Assembly (NCBI RefSeq): GCF_004010195.1 | Contig: NC_057718.1 | Location: forward strand, 43,399,970 to 43,463,969 | Direction: 5' to 3' | Length of the DNA stretch: 64,000 nucleotides | Source of the DNA: Chiloscyllium plagiosum | Lineage: Eukaryota | Part shown: piece after piece, positions 24,150-38,135 of the stretch | How the letters are laid out: every line of letters begins with the position of its first letter | Numbering within the stretch: position 1 is the first letter of the stretch | Position numbers and translations under genes: made by a program | Notes under the pieces: model-generated | Database searches by the model: none | What the model was told of the DNA's origin: nothing | The model's input: only the letters and a program-made list of their open reading frames with translations

Positions 24150-27100
24150 TCTTAATCTATTTACTCAAACCACATTAACCAGCTCTCTTGTCATACTTAT
24201 GTAATTGAATTTGTTTAAATTTAAGTTTTGGTTTGAACTCAAGTATGTTGTTCTGAAATGTAATATGGGACTAATTTGCATTATAATCACTTTTTCCCAG
24301 AGGATCTTTTCTATGAGATTATATATTAATCCTGCCTCATTAAACAATACTAGATCAAAGATAGCTTTATCCCTAGGTGGTTCCACAATGTGTTTTTTTT
24401 CAGAAAACTGTTATGAAAGTATCTACAGACTCATCTTCCTTTCTGATCAGGGCTCCTGCTGTTCTGCTTGTATATTTGAAATGTGTATCCTGGAATATTT
24501 ATTTCCTAACCCTGGTCACCTTGCAAATGTATCACTGTTATTAGAACTGAATCAATTTTCTCTTTGCACTGTTAACTCATTTATCTTATTAAAAAGTTTC
24601 ATTTTATTTTTATTGTTTTTTAAATTTGATTTAATTTTACCACTGTTCTTCTGCAAGGTCAATATTCTCCAATGCCTTATTACTATTAATCCCTACCTCT
24701 TCCTGGCTCATTCTGCTTGCTTTAGTCCAAATGTTCTACTGCCTTAACTTTCGTCTTCAGTTTTCACACATCCATTAGCTACCCCTTGATCTCCCCACCA
24801 ACTCCCCCAAACCTTATACACTATGTTTAGCCATCTACTCTGCAGTTCTTTTTCTCATCTGCATGAACAACAAATAGTTCTTAGATAGTGAGCAAACACA
24901 GGAGCTACGGATCCTCCTCACTATAACCTGGACTTACATATCTGCCTGAATCACAGTAACGTTTTCATGTCTTTGACCACAACCAAATTCAAAACACTAT
25001 TTAACTTAAGGAGTGTGACTGCCTCCTAGAACAAAGTATTGAAGTCTACATTAAGCTTCATCTTTTCCAGTGATGTCAAGGAGCATTGTGTGGGATGATC
25101 AGCAGGTTGGTTCTGGATTTTGAAGGGGACAGTTGTGCCATCTGTGTCTTTCAATATTCTTAATAACAATGCCTAACTAGCCAATGTTACTTGTACCTAT
25201 TTGCTATCATTGCAATAAGCTACATCTTGTGAAACCTCACTAGTTCCTCTATTGCTGTAATCCAAATTGGCCCTTAGACCCAGTCAAGGAAAGATGAACA
25301 GTGGCAGCTTCCTTCTATCAGATTAACTGGACTGTTGTAACCTGGCCTATCCCTGCTACCCTTCCTGAACGAAAGAACTGCTTTAGCTATTCTCCAGTCA
25401 CCTGGGCCTTCACCTTGGCCAGTGAAGAATTAAATATGTTCACTAGTGCCCCTAAATCTCCACCCCTGTCTTCCATAGCACCATGGCCGATAACCTCCTC
25501 ATCCAAACAGGCTACAATGTCTTGCTCCTCTGTGAACTTGGATGCGATATATTCATTTAAGACCTCACCATGACCACTGACCCCACATACAGGTTGCCCC
25601 TTTGGTCTCTAATAGGCCCCACTCTTTTTGTGGTAATTCTTTTACTGCTAATGTATCGTAAAATGCCTTGGGGGTTTTCCTTAATCGTATATGCCAAGGA
25701 TATGTCATGGCCTCTCTTTCCCCTCCTAACTTATTTCTTATACATCCCTTCTATACTCTCTATACTTTTGAAGGATCTCCCTTGTTTTAATGCACTGTAC
25801 CCATCACAAGCTTCATTATTTTTCTTTATCAAACTCTAAACATCCAGGACTTGTTGCCCTTGCCCTTCACTCTTAGCGGAACACTTTAGCCCTGAATTCT
25901 CACTATACTCACTTTAAAAGACTGCCCACTTTCCAAATGTAGACTGAACTGCAAGGAGCAGCTCCCAGTTTATGTTTGCCGGATAATGATATTGTAATGG
26001 TATTGAAATTGGCCTTCCCCTAGTTTAGACACTTAACTGCTGCACTACACTTGTCCCTTTCGATTATGACTTTGAAACTTACAGAGTATAGCCACTATCC
26101 CCAAAATGCTTACCCACTGATACTTCAACTGCTTGACTGGCTTCATTCCCTAGGATTAGGTCTAGCACTGCCCCTTCTACTAGGTCTACCTATGTTCTGG
26201 CACAAAAAGCTGCCCTGGGTGGACTTTAAAACTTTCACATCAAATCCTTTCACACAAAGGCGATCCCAGTTAGAGTTAGCAAATTTGAACTTTCCTACAA
26301 CTATAACCCTTTCACACCTTTCTGTGATTTGCCTGCATATCTGCTTCTCTGTCTCCCATTGACTGTTGGCCTGCCAGTAATATATTCCCAGTAAAATAAT
26401 TGTCCCTTTTTCTAAGCTCAGTCCAGTTGGCCTCATTTGACGAGCCTTCTGGAGCAACCACCGTCATTACTGTAGTGATGGTTTCCTTTATCAATGATGC
26501 AATGTCACCACCTCTGTTCCATCCCCCACATCACAACTGAAACTTCTAAACTCTGGGTAGTTAGCACTGCTGGCTCACGGCGACAGGGACCCAGATTCAA
26601 TTCCAGCCTCGGACGACTGTCTGTGTGGAATTTGTACATTCTCTCTGTGTCTGTGTGGGTTTCTTCTGAGTGCTCTGGTTTTGTCCCACAGTCTGAAGAT
26701 GTACAGGTTCGGTGGAATGGCCATGCTAAATTGCCCATAATGTCTTGGGATGTGTGTGTTAGCCAGGGAAATTTAGGATTTTGGGAATAGGGGAGGGGGG
26801 GGAGTGGGTTTGGGTGGGGTGCCTTTTGGAGGGTCAGTGAGACTCGATGGGCCAAATGGCCTGCTTCCACAATGTAGGGATTCTGTGATGAGCTGCCAGT
26901 CCTGACATTCCTTCAACCACATCTGAGTGATTGCAAAAATATCATATTTCTATGTGCTGATCAATATTCTGAGTTGTTAAGTTCTTAAGCCTTACCAAGT
27001 CCTTCCATTAAAATATATGCAGTTTAACTTCCTGGGCCTCCCATGTACCTTGTCATTCCCATGTTTTCTACACTTGCTGGACTGTGCTCATATTCCCTTC

Positions 27101-27200
27101 TACATGTGCTTGGTCTTTGTTCTCAGCTTGACATCTACTCTGTGCTGTTGGTCCCCCAGCCAAATTAATTTCCAACCTTCCCAACAGCATAAACAAACAG
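24150..27200 (-). mobile_element. Degenerate CR1 fragments (endonuclease and ORF2 middle), split by a SINE
   Basis: PPRDKAIFDLV, EKQICRQITERC..VIVVGKF.F..NWD. Confidence 0.7.
26555..26890 (+). mobile_element. HE1-like V-SINE, near full length
   Basis: tRNA-like head, TGTGTGGA.TTTG.ACATTCTC core, CR1-like tail gggccaaatggcctgcttccac..tgtagggattct. Confidence 0.92.
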
Positions 27201-30121
27201 ATTGGAAGTTTTGAGCCAATCTGTCCAACATTTCTTGGTAACTATCCAGATTATTAAGTCAAAACATTTGGAAGTCTCCAACTCTAACTCAGATTTGGAG
27301 ACATTTTCAGAAGTTCCTTTCAGGTAATTACATTTCAGAAAGTTAAACTTGATCAAGCAGCTCCTATGTTGCCATTTTGTTTGGGACTGCCAAATGGTCA
27401 GGTGTTGCAAGAATCCAGAGACCAACTAATCTGTGCCAATATGGCAACAACTTGCTGATGGCACAAAAATAGCTAGGGAAACAAATTGTGAAGAGGATGG
27501 AAAACACCTATGATGGAATGTAGATGGTTATTTCATTGTACATCTGCTAAATCTTTGCTCAATTTTTCCAGTTCACTCTTCAGCCTGTTTGCTTCTGAAG
27601 ATAACTATCTCACAGTTTAATGGATAAAATGTGAGGTAGTCCACTTTGCTGGAGAGTGTCTGTAGAAAACTATAAAAAGGTGGATCTGAGTATCCTCATA
27701 GATGTATCATAAATCGTAGCATGCAAGGAGACCCTGGGGTCCCGTTCATAAGTCTTTTTCCATTTTGGAAGCTGATGATGGTGCCGGTCCCTCAGCAGAG
27801 TGTAGTCAGCCATGATCATGGCCCACAAGCAGCTGAGCTCTACAGGAGGTGAGGCAGAAGAATGGAGGTGTGATAGTGATAGAGGATTCATTAAGTTAGG
27901 GGAATTGGCAGGCATTTCTGTAGCCTTCAATGTGATGCCAGGATTGCATGTTCCCACCCTGGTGCCAGGGTCAAAGATGTCATTGTGCAGTTGCAGAATG
28001 GAGCTGAGATATTTGTGGGGCACTTTTCTAGTGCTGTTGGGAGGGCTTTTTACTAATTTGTCAGGGGTGTGGGAACCAAGGGAGAATATGAGAGGGGAAA
28101 TGCCAATGTGCACAAAGTCTAGCAATTGGCACTAGCATAGAGATCAGCAAATTAATAGGTGAAGCTGGAATAAGGGAGAAAGACATTAAGTTGAAATCAG
28201 GATTACTGTGCATTCTGGTAAATGCATGGCATACAGTAAATAAGTTACAGGCACAGATTGCCATTTGAAATGTGCCATTGTGGTGATAACAGACTGCTGT
28301 TAAATATTCCTTGGTACAAGCTGTTCAGAATATATAGAAAAGGAATTAAAAATGGAGTGATAATCGTATTGGTTAAGGACAGCATAACAGTGTTTGAGAA
28401 AGAGAAATGAGAAATGTCTCAGACCATCCAAGGACAGAAACAATTTAAGAGCAAAAAGCAAAATGGGTGAAATTACATTGATAGATGTAGTATGTAGGCC
28501 ATGAATTACCAGAAAGGACATCTAGGAAGAATCTATGGGAACATTACAGAGAGGTGCCAACATTATCGAGTAGTCCCAATGGAAAACTTCAATTACCAAA
28601 ATATGGACTGAGATACTTGCAGTGTCGGGGCAGTGAGGGCAGGTATTCCTTGGTTGCATGCAGGTGAGCTTCGTACAGCAATTTCTGTCCAGTCGAAGAA
28701 GAAATGATGCACTGTTTGACCTGAAACTTTGAAATGAGGTGGTCTAAGTGGATTAAGTGTCAATGGAGAACACTTAGTAGACAGTGATCATTGTATGATG
28801 GGTGACAGTCCAAAGGAAGAAAAATCAACTGATGGTGAGCATACTGTAGTAGGGTAAGGACAGAGCTGGACTGAAAGAACTGAACTTCAAAAAGAAGATA
28901 GTTAGGGTACAGTCAAGGTATATTCCCTCAAATAGGATAAACACAAACAAATCCAGAGCTAAGTGGATGGTAAAGGAGTTAGAAATTATGATTAAAGAAA
29001 AAAGTGTGTGCTAATGACAGATGTTAGGTAGAAAATAAAATTAAGAACCAAGAGGAATGCTGAAGGTTTAGCGAGAGGTGAAAAATAAATAAGAGAAGCA
29101 AAAGCAAATTATGAGAAAAGACTGGCATTCAACATAAAGAGATGTCCTAAAGTTTTCTATAAATATATAAATTGTAAAATAATGGTAAAAGAAGCAATAG
29201 GTCTGACAAGGGACCAAACAAAATTTCACGCTGGAGGAAGAGAGCATGGCTGAGGGGTTAAATTATATCTTTGCATCTATCTTTAGCAAAGAGGGAAATG
29301 CCTCCCAGGCCATGGTCATAGAAGATGAAACTCTGTTGCCAGAAGGGTGCAAAAGTAATTAGGAAGAAGTGTTGGATAGAATTATTGTTTTTTAAATTTA
29401 TTAGGTACTGGGATTGGATGAGATGCATCCAAGGATTTTGAAGAAAGTGAAAATGGAATGGCAGGGGCAAGAACTATAATCCTTCAACCTTCCTTACATT
29501 CTGGGGAGATGTTAGAAGACTGGGAAATTGCAAACATTAAGGGCTTGTTCAAGTAAGGTTGTAGAGATGTGCCAAGTAACTGCACACAAGTCAGTTTGGT
29601 TTAAGTGATTGGGAAGCTTCTAGAGACAATTATTCAGAATCACATCAGCAGTCACATGGAAAAAAAGTGGCTTGATTGTAGACAGTCTGCATAGATTTCT
29701 AAAGGGAAGATTACATTTAACTAATTTGCTGGAGTCTTTGGAAGAGTAACCAAAAGGTTAGATGAGGGTAATGCTGATGATGTGGTCTTTCAAAGTGTTT
29801 AATATGGTGCCACACAACAGAATTGTGAGGCAAGTTATAGCTTATGAAATAAATCGGTCAAATAAGTGGATTCAAACTTGCCTGAGTGACAGGATTCAGA
29901 GTGCGATGCTCAATGAATATTTTTCAGGCTGAAGAAATTTATATAATGGAATTCTTATTTTTCTTGATATATGTTAACAAACTAGATTTTAGTGTGTAGT
30001 TTGAAGATGACATTTAGCTTAAAAGAATTGTGTCCTGTGAGGATGACAGTGTACAGCACCAAAAGGACATAGACAGTGTGTGGAGTGGACAGATAAAATA
30101 CAGAGAAGGTGTTGCATTTTG

Positions 30122-30440
30122 AGATTAGATTAGATTCCCTACAGTGTGGGAACAAACCCTTCGGCCCAACAAGTCCACACCGAACCTCTGAAGAGCAACC
30201 ACCCCTTTACAATTACCCGTGACTAATCCACCTAACACTACAGGCAATTTAGCATGGCCAATTCACCTAACCTGCACATCATTGGACTGTGGGAGGAAAG
30301 CGGAGCACCCAGAGGAAACCCACACAGACAGGGGGAAGAATGTGCAAACTCCACACAGACAGTTGCCCAAGGTGGGAATTGAATCTGGGTCTCTAGCGCT
30401 GTGAGGCAGCAATGCTAACCACTGAGCCACCATGCCGCCC
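30122..30440 (-). mobile_element. HE1-like V-SINE, full length, inserted in CR1
   Basis: Minus strand GGGCGGCATGGTGGCTCAGTGGTTAGC head, V core, tail ending in (AATCT)n. Confidence 0.93.
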
Positions 30441-30512
30441 TTTGGTTGGAAAAATATTGAAAGACAGTACAACACAGGCGATACAATTCTAAAGGGGGTG
30501 CAGGAGCAGATG

Positions 30513-30704
30513 AAAAAAGTGAGGACTGCAGATGCTGGAGATCAGAGTCAAGAGTGTGGTGCTGGAAAAGCAGCATCCACAGAGCAGGAGAATTGATGTT
30601 TTGGGCAAAAGCCCTTAGTCAGGAATGTGAAATCAGGAATCATGGGAAGTTGTGAGATTGGAGGAGATTCTGAAACAGAAAGGGCAAAGGCCATGGAGAT
30701 ATTT
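30513..30704 (-). mobile_element. Penelope-type terminal element (family A), degenerate hammerhead
   Basis: aaagtgaggactgcagatgctggagatcagag tail; flanked by ggagcagatg / ggagcggatg (likely TSD). Confidence 0.75.
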
Positions 30705-32611
30705 GGAGCGGATGGACCCACATGCACAGATCATTGAAAGTGGCGGAGCAGATATAGAGTAGTAAGTAAAGCAAACGGTATCCTCTACTTTATTAACGGG
30801 GCATAAAAAGTAAAAGCAAGGAGATGATGTTGAAGATGTGTCAAGTACTTGTTAGATCACAACTGCAGTATTATGTAAAGTTCTGGCTATCACATGATAG
30901 GAAAGTTGTGAATGTGTTGGAGAGAGTACACGAGCAATTTACAAGCATAGTTTCATCAATGCAATTCATGAAGGTAGATTGAAGAAGTTGTAACTGTTCT
31001 TTTTGGAGAGAAGAACGCTAAAAGGTAACCTTCCAAAGGTTGTCAACATCATGTTTTGGTTAGATAAAGGGAGGTAGGGATAAACTATTCCCACTTATAA
31101 AGAGAACAAGTATGAGATAAAGTGATTTGCCAAAGAAGGTTAGGAGGAAAGAAGTCTTTAACTCGACTAAGTAGTTAGAGTATGGAATGCACTGACTGGA
31201 AGTGTGGTTTGAGGCTGGTTCAAATGAGGCATTCAATAATTTGGATAAAAATAATGTGCAGTGGTATTGGGAAAATGTAGGAGATTGATATTAGGTAATG
31301 AAGCTCATTTAAAGTGCCAGTGTGACATGAAAGGCGAATCGGTCTCCTGCAAAGCTGAAAGCCTTCTTTGATTCTTTGATTCTGCAAAAACAATTAATTA
31401 TGAAGGTAAATAGGTTGATGTCTTTTATTGTAAGGAGGAAGGAACATAAAAGTTGGGAAGTTTCGCTGCAACTGCACAGGGAATTGATGGAACCACACTT
31501 GAAGCTTGGAGTACCATGCACAGTTTCAATTCTTTATTTCAGCAGGAATATATTTGCATTGGAGACAGATCAGAGAAGGTTCACTAGGTTAATTTCTGGG
31601 ATTAAGGGGTTATCATATGAAGAGATGTTGAGCAGCTTGGGCCTGTCCTCATTGGAGTTTAGGAGAACGAGAGATGGTCTTAGAATCTTATTTGTTTCAT
31701 TTAGTGGGCTTAGCAAGGGAGATGCTGACAAGATGTTTCCTCTCTTGGTGGCAAATGGTAAATAGGTAGCACAGTTTCAAAATAAGGGGCCTACCCTTTA
31801 ACAAGGATACTGGGGAGAAGGGGAGTTTCTTCTCTTGGAGAAATTGCCTATCCCAAGGAGTAGTGGAGTTTGGGTCATTAAATATACTCAACGCTGAGTT
31901 ATATGGTATTTTGAGCTACCAGGAAGTCAAAGGCTACCAGGAAGCAGACAGGAAAGGGGATTAGGGCCACAAACAGACCATAAGATTGGCTAGGATTTTG
32001 TTGAATGTCAGAGTGGGCTAATGGGGCTAAATGGCATTATCCTTCTCCCATACCTTACATTGTGGCTCTAACCTCAACGTTCCTCTCACAATTCTACATG
32101 TTCGTAATTTGGTCAGGTTTTACCAACAGTTAATTCTCTCATTTTCTCAGAATTTTGCTGTCAGCCTGTATTATCCATAAGGTAGAACATATCACAGCAT
32201 TGCAAGATTTACTTTGGGCACCTTGCTTCACAAAAACTGAACTGAATTATATCTATAACAAGGTGACACAGAGAGACATGCATTTGCACAGGTTATGGAA
32301 ATCAGTCAGATTTCAGAAAACTAACAATCTACTTTTTTTGCCATTGTCCAGATTTTGCTAGACATTCTTTCTGTGTAGTTCCATTTTGCACTGACCTCTT
32401 GCACCCAACTTAATCCTAAGCATCTATTGTTCGTGCACAAGCCACACCTCCTTCAAATTTTCTTAAACTAAAATATACATGTTAAGGAAACTTTATTATA
32501 TTTGCTGATTTGGTTTGTTTTTCTTTTGGATCGGTATTGGAAAAACATCGGTAAACTGACAGTATTCAAACTAACAATATCAGGAAGAGGAATCATGTTT
32601 TATTATCATAG

Positions 32612-32684
32612 ATCTGTTGGCTTGCAGCCACCAGTAATGGTGAATACGCGTGCAAATATCTATTCCAACAGATGGACTCATCAG
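32612..32684 (+). pseudogene. Candidate exon (73 nt)
   Basis: ttttattatcatag| ... CAG|gtaaaa; open frame ICWLAATSNGEYACKYLFQQMDSS. Confidence 0.4.
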
Positions 32685-35600
32685 GTAAAAAAAATGTGTA
32701 ATTTGTGCAGTTCCTATAAAGTGCATAGCATGTCAAATAAGGACATTTATCAAGAAAATTAAAGGCTCTTATAAGTAGGAGGTGATTGCCGTCTTATTGG
32801 CAGGGAAAAAAATTAAAATATGTTTGTGCCTTTTATATCAAACAAATGATTCATTTCAAATATTTATTGAATTTCTTGTAATTCAAGGTGTTGCATAAAT
32901 ATGAATCATCATAAATCTATATTATTGATGATTTTGGTACAGACATTAGCAAATTAATCTCACGGGCACTATTTCATTTTATGACAGCAGATGAAAAGAA
33001 ATATAAGAAACCTAACCATAGACCTTCGTGTTAATTTAAAATGTGAATATGTGAGGCGACTGCCCAGGACCTAAGTGACCCTATATTTATTTCTTCAGAT
33101 CGCCAGCTGCCTATGGAGACATGTACAGTTAGTCTACATAATGGAAATGAGACCTAGCACTAATTTTGGGCCAATCTAGGGCATTCTTTGGGATAAGCTC
33201 TGAAAGAGAGTCAGGCAGATTTTGGCACATTGGGCTCTTATCCACACATGACCTCATAAGTAAAATGCAATATCAACAGAAATAACAGGCACTCTATTAG
33301 TTTGTAATAAACCTCTTAAAGCCAGTAAGGAAAAATAATGGTTTTCTTCCATTAACTCCAGAATTCTCGAGTCCAATCTTATTGAATGATGGACAGTTTG
33401 GTGTTTCAGGTGCCAGTCCATTAGGAACTAAAGTGTGATTGCTAAAATAGCATTCCTCAATTGTAAAACGTAACTGGACATGACACTCAGATCTTATTCT
33501 TGGATGCCTGGAACGCCTTCTTACCTTAGGAGCAGCAAAGCTCTGTAAAACAAAGATAAAAATATTTCTAGTAGTATGGACATGCTCACTGCAAATTTTT
33601 AAAAAATTTATATCACTTTTGTCACAGAGCATAATGCCTTTTACTTTACATAAAAAAGAGTTATTAGATTCCTTTGTTAAATGACTGAGGTTGAGTTTGA
33701 CCTTTTTAGTCACATTTGTTTCTGTGGATGGTGAGGAATTTGAAACTACTTGTGAATGCAGTTATATTAGGAGCCTTCCAATTACCAGGTTTATAAAAGT
33801 TTTATGCATCAGTTAATTGAAAAGAATACTCCATTATAGAGGGGGAGAAAAAATAAAATTTCTCTTCCTAGTTTTTCACTGTTACCCTATAGTACATTTA
33901 CACTGTACTGTGGATTATTCTAATGAAATAACAACAGTTTTTGAAATTAAATTGAGAGCAAAGTTCATAAGGGCACTGTCTCAACAATGGGTATTTCCAC
34001 AACTTTGTCACATCTGTAACAAACATGTCATGTGGTGGCATATACCATTTTAAAACACTGACAAAAAAAATGTAGTTGTTATTTCTTTCCTTTCTAACCA
34101 AAATAAGTTTGCCAAATAATACTTTTTGAAAATAAGGAAATAGAACTGGAGTACATTTTATAATTTAGCGTTACTGGCGCAGAGGTTCATTGAAACACAT
34201 ATTAAGAATTAACGCATGCCAGATATTTTAATGGATTGTATGGGCCACAAATTCTCCTATAATTGTTTTTGTTGCAAGAAGCAATACATTGGATATACTA
34301 AGTCATAACACTTACCATATTAAGCCATCAAACTTGTTCTTTACATAGACCACATGCAATCTGCTATTATCATTGATTCTAACCTCACTGTTTAATCTCT
34401 GGAGACAAAGTTCCGCACAAGTATTCCCCAGTCCACAAAATTAATCAAGCAAAATTCAAGAAAATCTCTGCAAATAGTCTCCACTTCACGCTGGCTCGTT
34501 GTTTTCTACATGACATTTTCTTTTGGTTAACGGAACACAGAAAGCACTCTTCCATGATATGTGTTTATAATTTTCAGCTTCAACCACATTATTTATCCAG
34601 TGCATCTTTGAAGAGCCTGTTTTTCACATGTTTACTCTTCTGAGGGGAGAGAAAAAAAGCTTCCTTCCTTCTTTGGTTCTGTTTGCAACTTATCAATTTT
34701 GACCTGTTTTTTTTTAATTACTGAAACTGGAACAGTTTCAATTCCAATTCAAAGCCTGTTTTGAAAACCGTGTGTGTTACTAAAAAGGAGTGAAACTGGT
34801 GGAGGGAAAAGTAATTCTTCATCAACTGATTACTTTCCTTTGTGCTTTCTTGAAATAATGATAAGCAATTCGAGGTAATACAGAACAGTGAGCATATCAA
34901 TTTCCTTGGACTTAACTTTGCATATAAGTGAAAAATAAAATGCTAATAGGGAGTCTTGGTGTGCTCAGGTTTCTTACTGTTTATTCTATTTTTGAGGGGG
35001 CCTGGCTTTGTCTGCAATTTATTTGAGTCTATGCTTTTGACATTTTTAAAAAATTAATCACCACTTGCTAGATTTGTCTGACAAAATAAATTTCAATCAT
35101 GAGCACACATTCTTGGCGCCATGCATAAATTACTACATGGATAAATTATGTTTTCACTTCACTTTTTTAAAAAACATTACTATTGGAAACAATGCATATT
35201 GCTAACTCAGCAACTAGTAGTTTGAGTCCTGCTGTTTCTCACAGAGAGGCCTCACCTTGATGTTTTGTTTAGACTTGCATAGAAACATTTTTAGTTTTAA
35301 AGATTCTTGAATATCCTGTGGGGTGGTTTAGGCTGAAATCAGCAAACAATCATTATAAGAATGAGTATATTTAGGTGTAGCTTAAAGTAGAGTCTTTTGA
35401 AATATTACATTGAAGCACCAGACTCTGTGTTCCAAATTTGTTTTGTGTAAATGGTATACTGGAGTACCAAATGCTGTGATGACAGAAAATTCCTGCTAAA
35501 GCATGGTTCATCTGTGTTTAACACTGCTCTGAGGACTCTAGTTCTCCAAAAAAATGTGAAAAAGGCAAACTGAAAGTGTGATAAAAATGTCCCTTTTTTC

Positions 35601-36285
35601 ACGTGATGAATAATGAAATCAGGCAGCATTTGCAGCTGCACATAAAATAAGTATTTTACTGGAGGTCAAACATGGAGTCAGTGAATTTAATAAAGAAAAG
35701 GATTTAAAAGCATTAGCCAAGCAGTGAAAGAAGTGAATGGAATCCTGTAACAAAAAGTGAGTTAATTCACACTCTTGTACCATTGGTAAGACTTTGGAAG
35801 ATCCACCCATTAGTCCAACATCTCATTTCTTTCCAAATAGCTTAGCAATTTTTAAGTTTTCACCTGTTTAACTTCTAGAATTTGCTATTGGTCTCTTGAA
35901 CCCCTTTTCAAGCATTGTATTCTGGAATTGCAGCATCTGTGGTGAGAGTTGAACGGAGGGAGAAAAGGAATTAAAATAGCTCAGTAAGAAAATTGGCATG
36001 ATCATTTTCTCAAAATACAAATTAAGATTTTTGTCTGTGAAGTAACAGGTGATTATTCCAGCAAACGTTTGAACATTCTTGCATAAAATGTAAGTTCCTT
36101 GTGTATATAACCTTTCCTTTTAGTCATTTGATATAAAATACACACAATAACAAGAATTGTAAATGTTTTGATATTTAAAGTAAGTTGCACAACTTGTCAG
36201 TTCTCATTGAAGCAATAAAAGGTAAATATTCTGACTCTATCATGACATTTTCATGAAGCTCATTTTAAAGCTATATGTTTTATAG

Positions 36286-36746
36286 GCAGTTCATTAATTA
36301 TGATGTAACATTGGTTCGTCTCCTACCTTGTTGAAAAAAAAACATATTGAGCTTTCAGTGATCATGATTATTTTCCTGAATTCCTTTAGAATAAAGAACA
36401 TGGAGAACAAAGAAGTTTGTATACTTAATTTCAATAATAACCTGCAACATATGTATAGGATATTTTTGTAAGCTTTTAATAAACTCACATGGACTTAGTT
36501 TGCACTGTTGGTGAAGGAAAAGAGGTAGCAAAAAGATGATGAATTTACAGCACTATTTATTTCTTGGATGAAGACTATTGAACAACTCAAGATAAAAATA
36601 GGATCTTGTGTTATGTCGAATGATTGGTGTGTCAGTATAACTTTAAGAGACATACTTACAACATCATCACCATAATATGTGAACCAGGATATGATGATCG
36701 CATACTCCATCTTATCACAGGATCCCTTGAGGCATGAGATGTTCCT
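36286..36746 (+). pseudogene. Candidate decayed exon region
   Basis: gttttatag| ... CCT|gtaagc; ends RHTYNIITIICEPGYDDRILHLITGSLEA*DVP (WD40-like LITGS). Confidence 0.35.
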
Positions 36747-37419
36747 GTAAGCGTACTGCTATGTGTAATTTAATATCTTAATATCTCTGGCATTGAGATA
36801 TCTGGTGAATGTAATTTTTGCATAAAACAGCTGGATGTGCTAAACATCTGAACTCTTCAAAACCACAATATCCATGCCCAATTTCCCATGATGTAAAGGA
36901 CATTATGCAGTAGGTAAAATATTCGGGTGGAGGCAAATCATATCTATACTAAGAGGTTATTTAGCTTATTTGTAAAGGCAGGTAAACAGCATATCGTACA
37001 TACAGTCAAAACATGTTTATGAGTAAGCATACATTGCACAGAATTTTACTCCAATGGAAAGAATATTCAAAAGAAGTATAATTAGTGTGTGATTTCCCTT
37101 CCTGATTTTCTTTGTACATTCTACCATGACAATATTCAATGCCTAGGTGGTAAAGACAAAATAACTCAATTATGTTTGTAGTTAAATAATTGGAGAGCAT
37201 GATTTGTTTTGTATTAAGAAATATTGAAGCAGGAAATGATTAGCAGAATGTGGAGGCATGCTTCCATAGAAAGTAAAGGTAGTGCATAAAGGCTTGAGCA
37301 TTTTGAATGCATACAGAAATCGAAATTAAAATGTGACTTAAAATGAGTTACAAAGCAAATCTACGAACATTAATACAAGAAAATCAAACCAGCTCCAGAG
37401 GATATGACAGAAAGGTGAG

Positions 37420-37883
37420 AAATGGTAGGTCTAACATACGAGGAATGGCTGAGGATCCTGGGAATGTATTCATTGGAGTTTAGAAGATTAAGGGGAGATC
37501 TAATAGAAACTTACAAGATAATACATGGCTTGGAAAGGGTGGACGCTAGGAAATTGTTTCCGTTAGGCGAGGAGACTAGGACCCGTGGACACAGCCTTAG
37601 AATTAGAGGGGGTAAATTCAGAACAGAAATGTGGAGACATTTCTTCAGCCAGAGAGTGGTGGGCCTGTGGAATTCATTGCCACAGAGTGCAGTGGAGGCT
37701 GGGACCCTAAATGTCTTCAAGGCAGAAATTGATAAATTCTTGATGTCACAAGGAATTAAGGGCTACGGGGAGAATGCGGGTAAGTGGAGTTGAAATGCCC
37801 ATCAGCCATGATTGAATGGCGGAGTGGACTCGATGGGCCGAATGGCCTTACTTCCGCTCCTATGTCTTATGGTCTTATGGTCT
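37420..37883 (+). mobile_element. Young 5'-truncated CR1 3' end
   Basis: Uninterrupted ORF2 C-terminus (YSLEFRRLRGDLIETYK..TRGHS..FFSQRVV.LWNSLP) and tail (cttatggt)n. Confidence 0.96.
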
Positions 37884-38135
37884 AAATTAGTACAAAGAAA
37901 GTTTAACAAGTAACAAATAATAATAGTAATAGATTTTATAAACATGTAAAAAATAGTTAAAGGAAGGATAGGATTATTTAGACATGGAATTACTGTCTAT
38001 GCATGAAGACTGCGTGCTAGAAATTTCAGGTACATTAGTCCAATTTTCTATTTGAGTGTTGTAATTTTATCCTTGATCAAATATTTGAAACCTATGTCCT
38101 ATATTGTCTCTTCTTTTATATTGATGAGGAGGATA

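Larger units (their letters stand above)
27460..32060 (+). mobile_element. Long degenerate CR1 LINE (ORF1 end to 3' UTR, ~27730-31380) plus adjacent CR1 pieces
   Basis: Endonuclease start at ~28200, FNYQNMD, G.DEMHPRILK, RT and 3' motifs, tail ttctttgattctttgattct; a second 3' end at 31390-32060. Confidence 0.85.

Noticed and set aside
35623..35756. Segment with in-frame TGA codons before a gtgagt donor, suggesting selenocysteine or recoding
   Set aside because: TAA/TAG stops and frameshifts also occur in neighbouring segments, so decay is the simpler explanation. The acceptor is poor and no SECIS was recognised.
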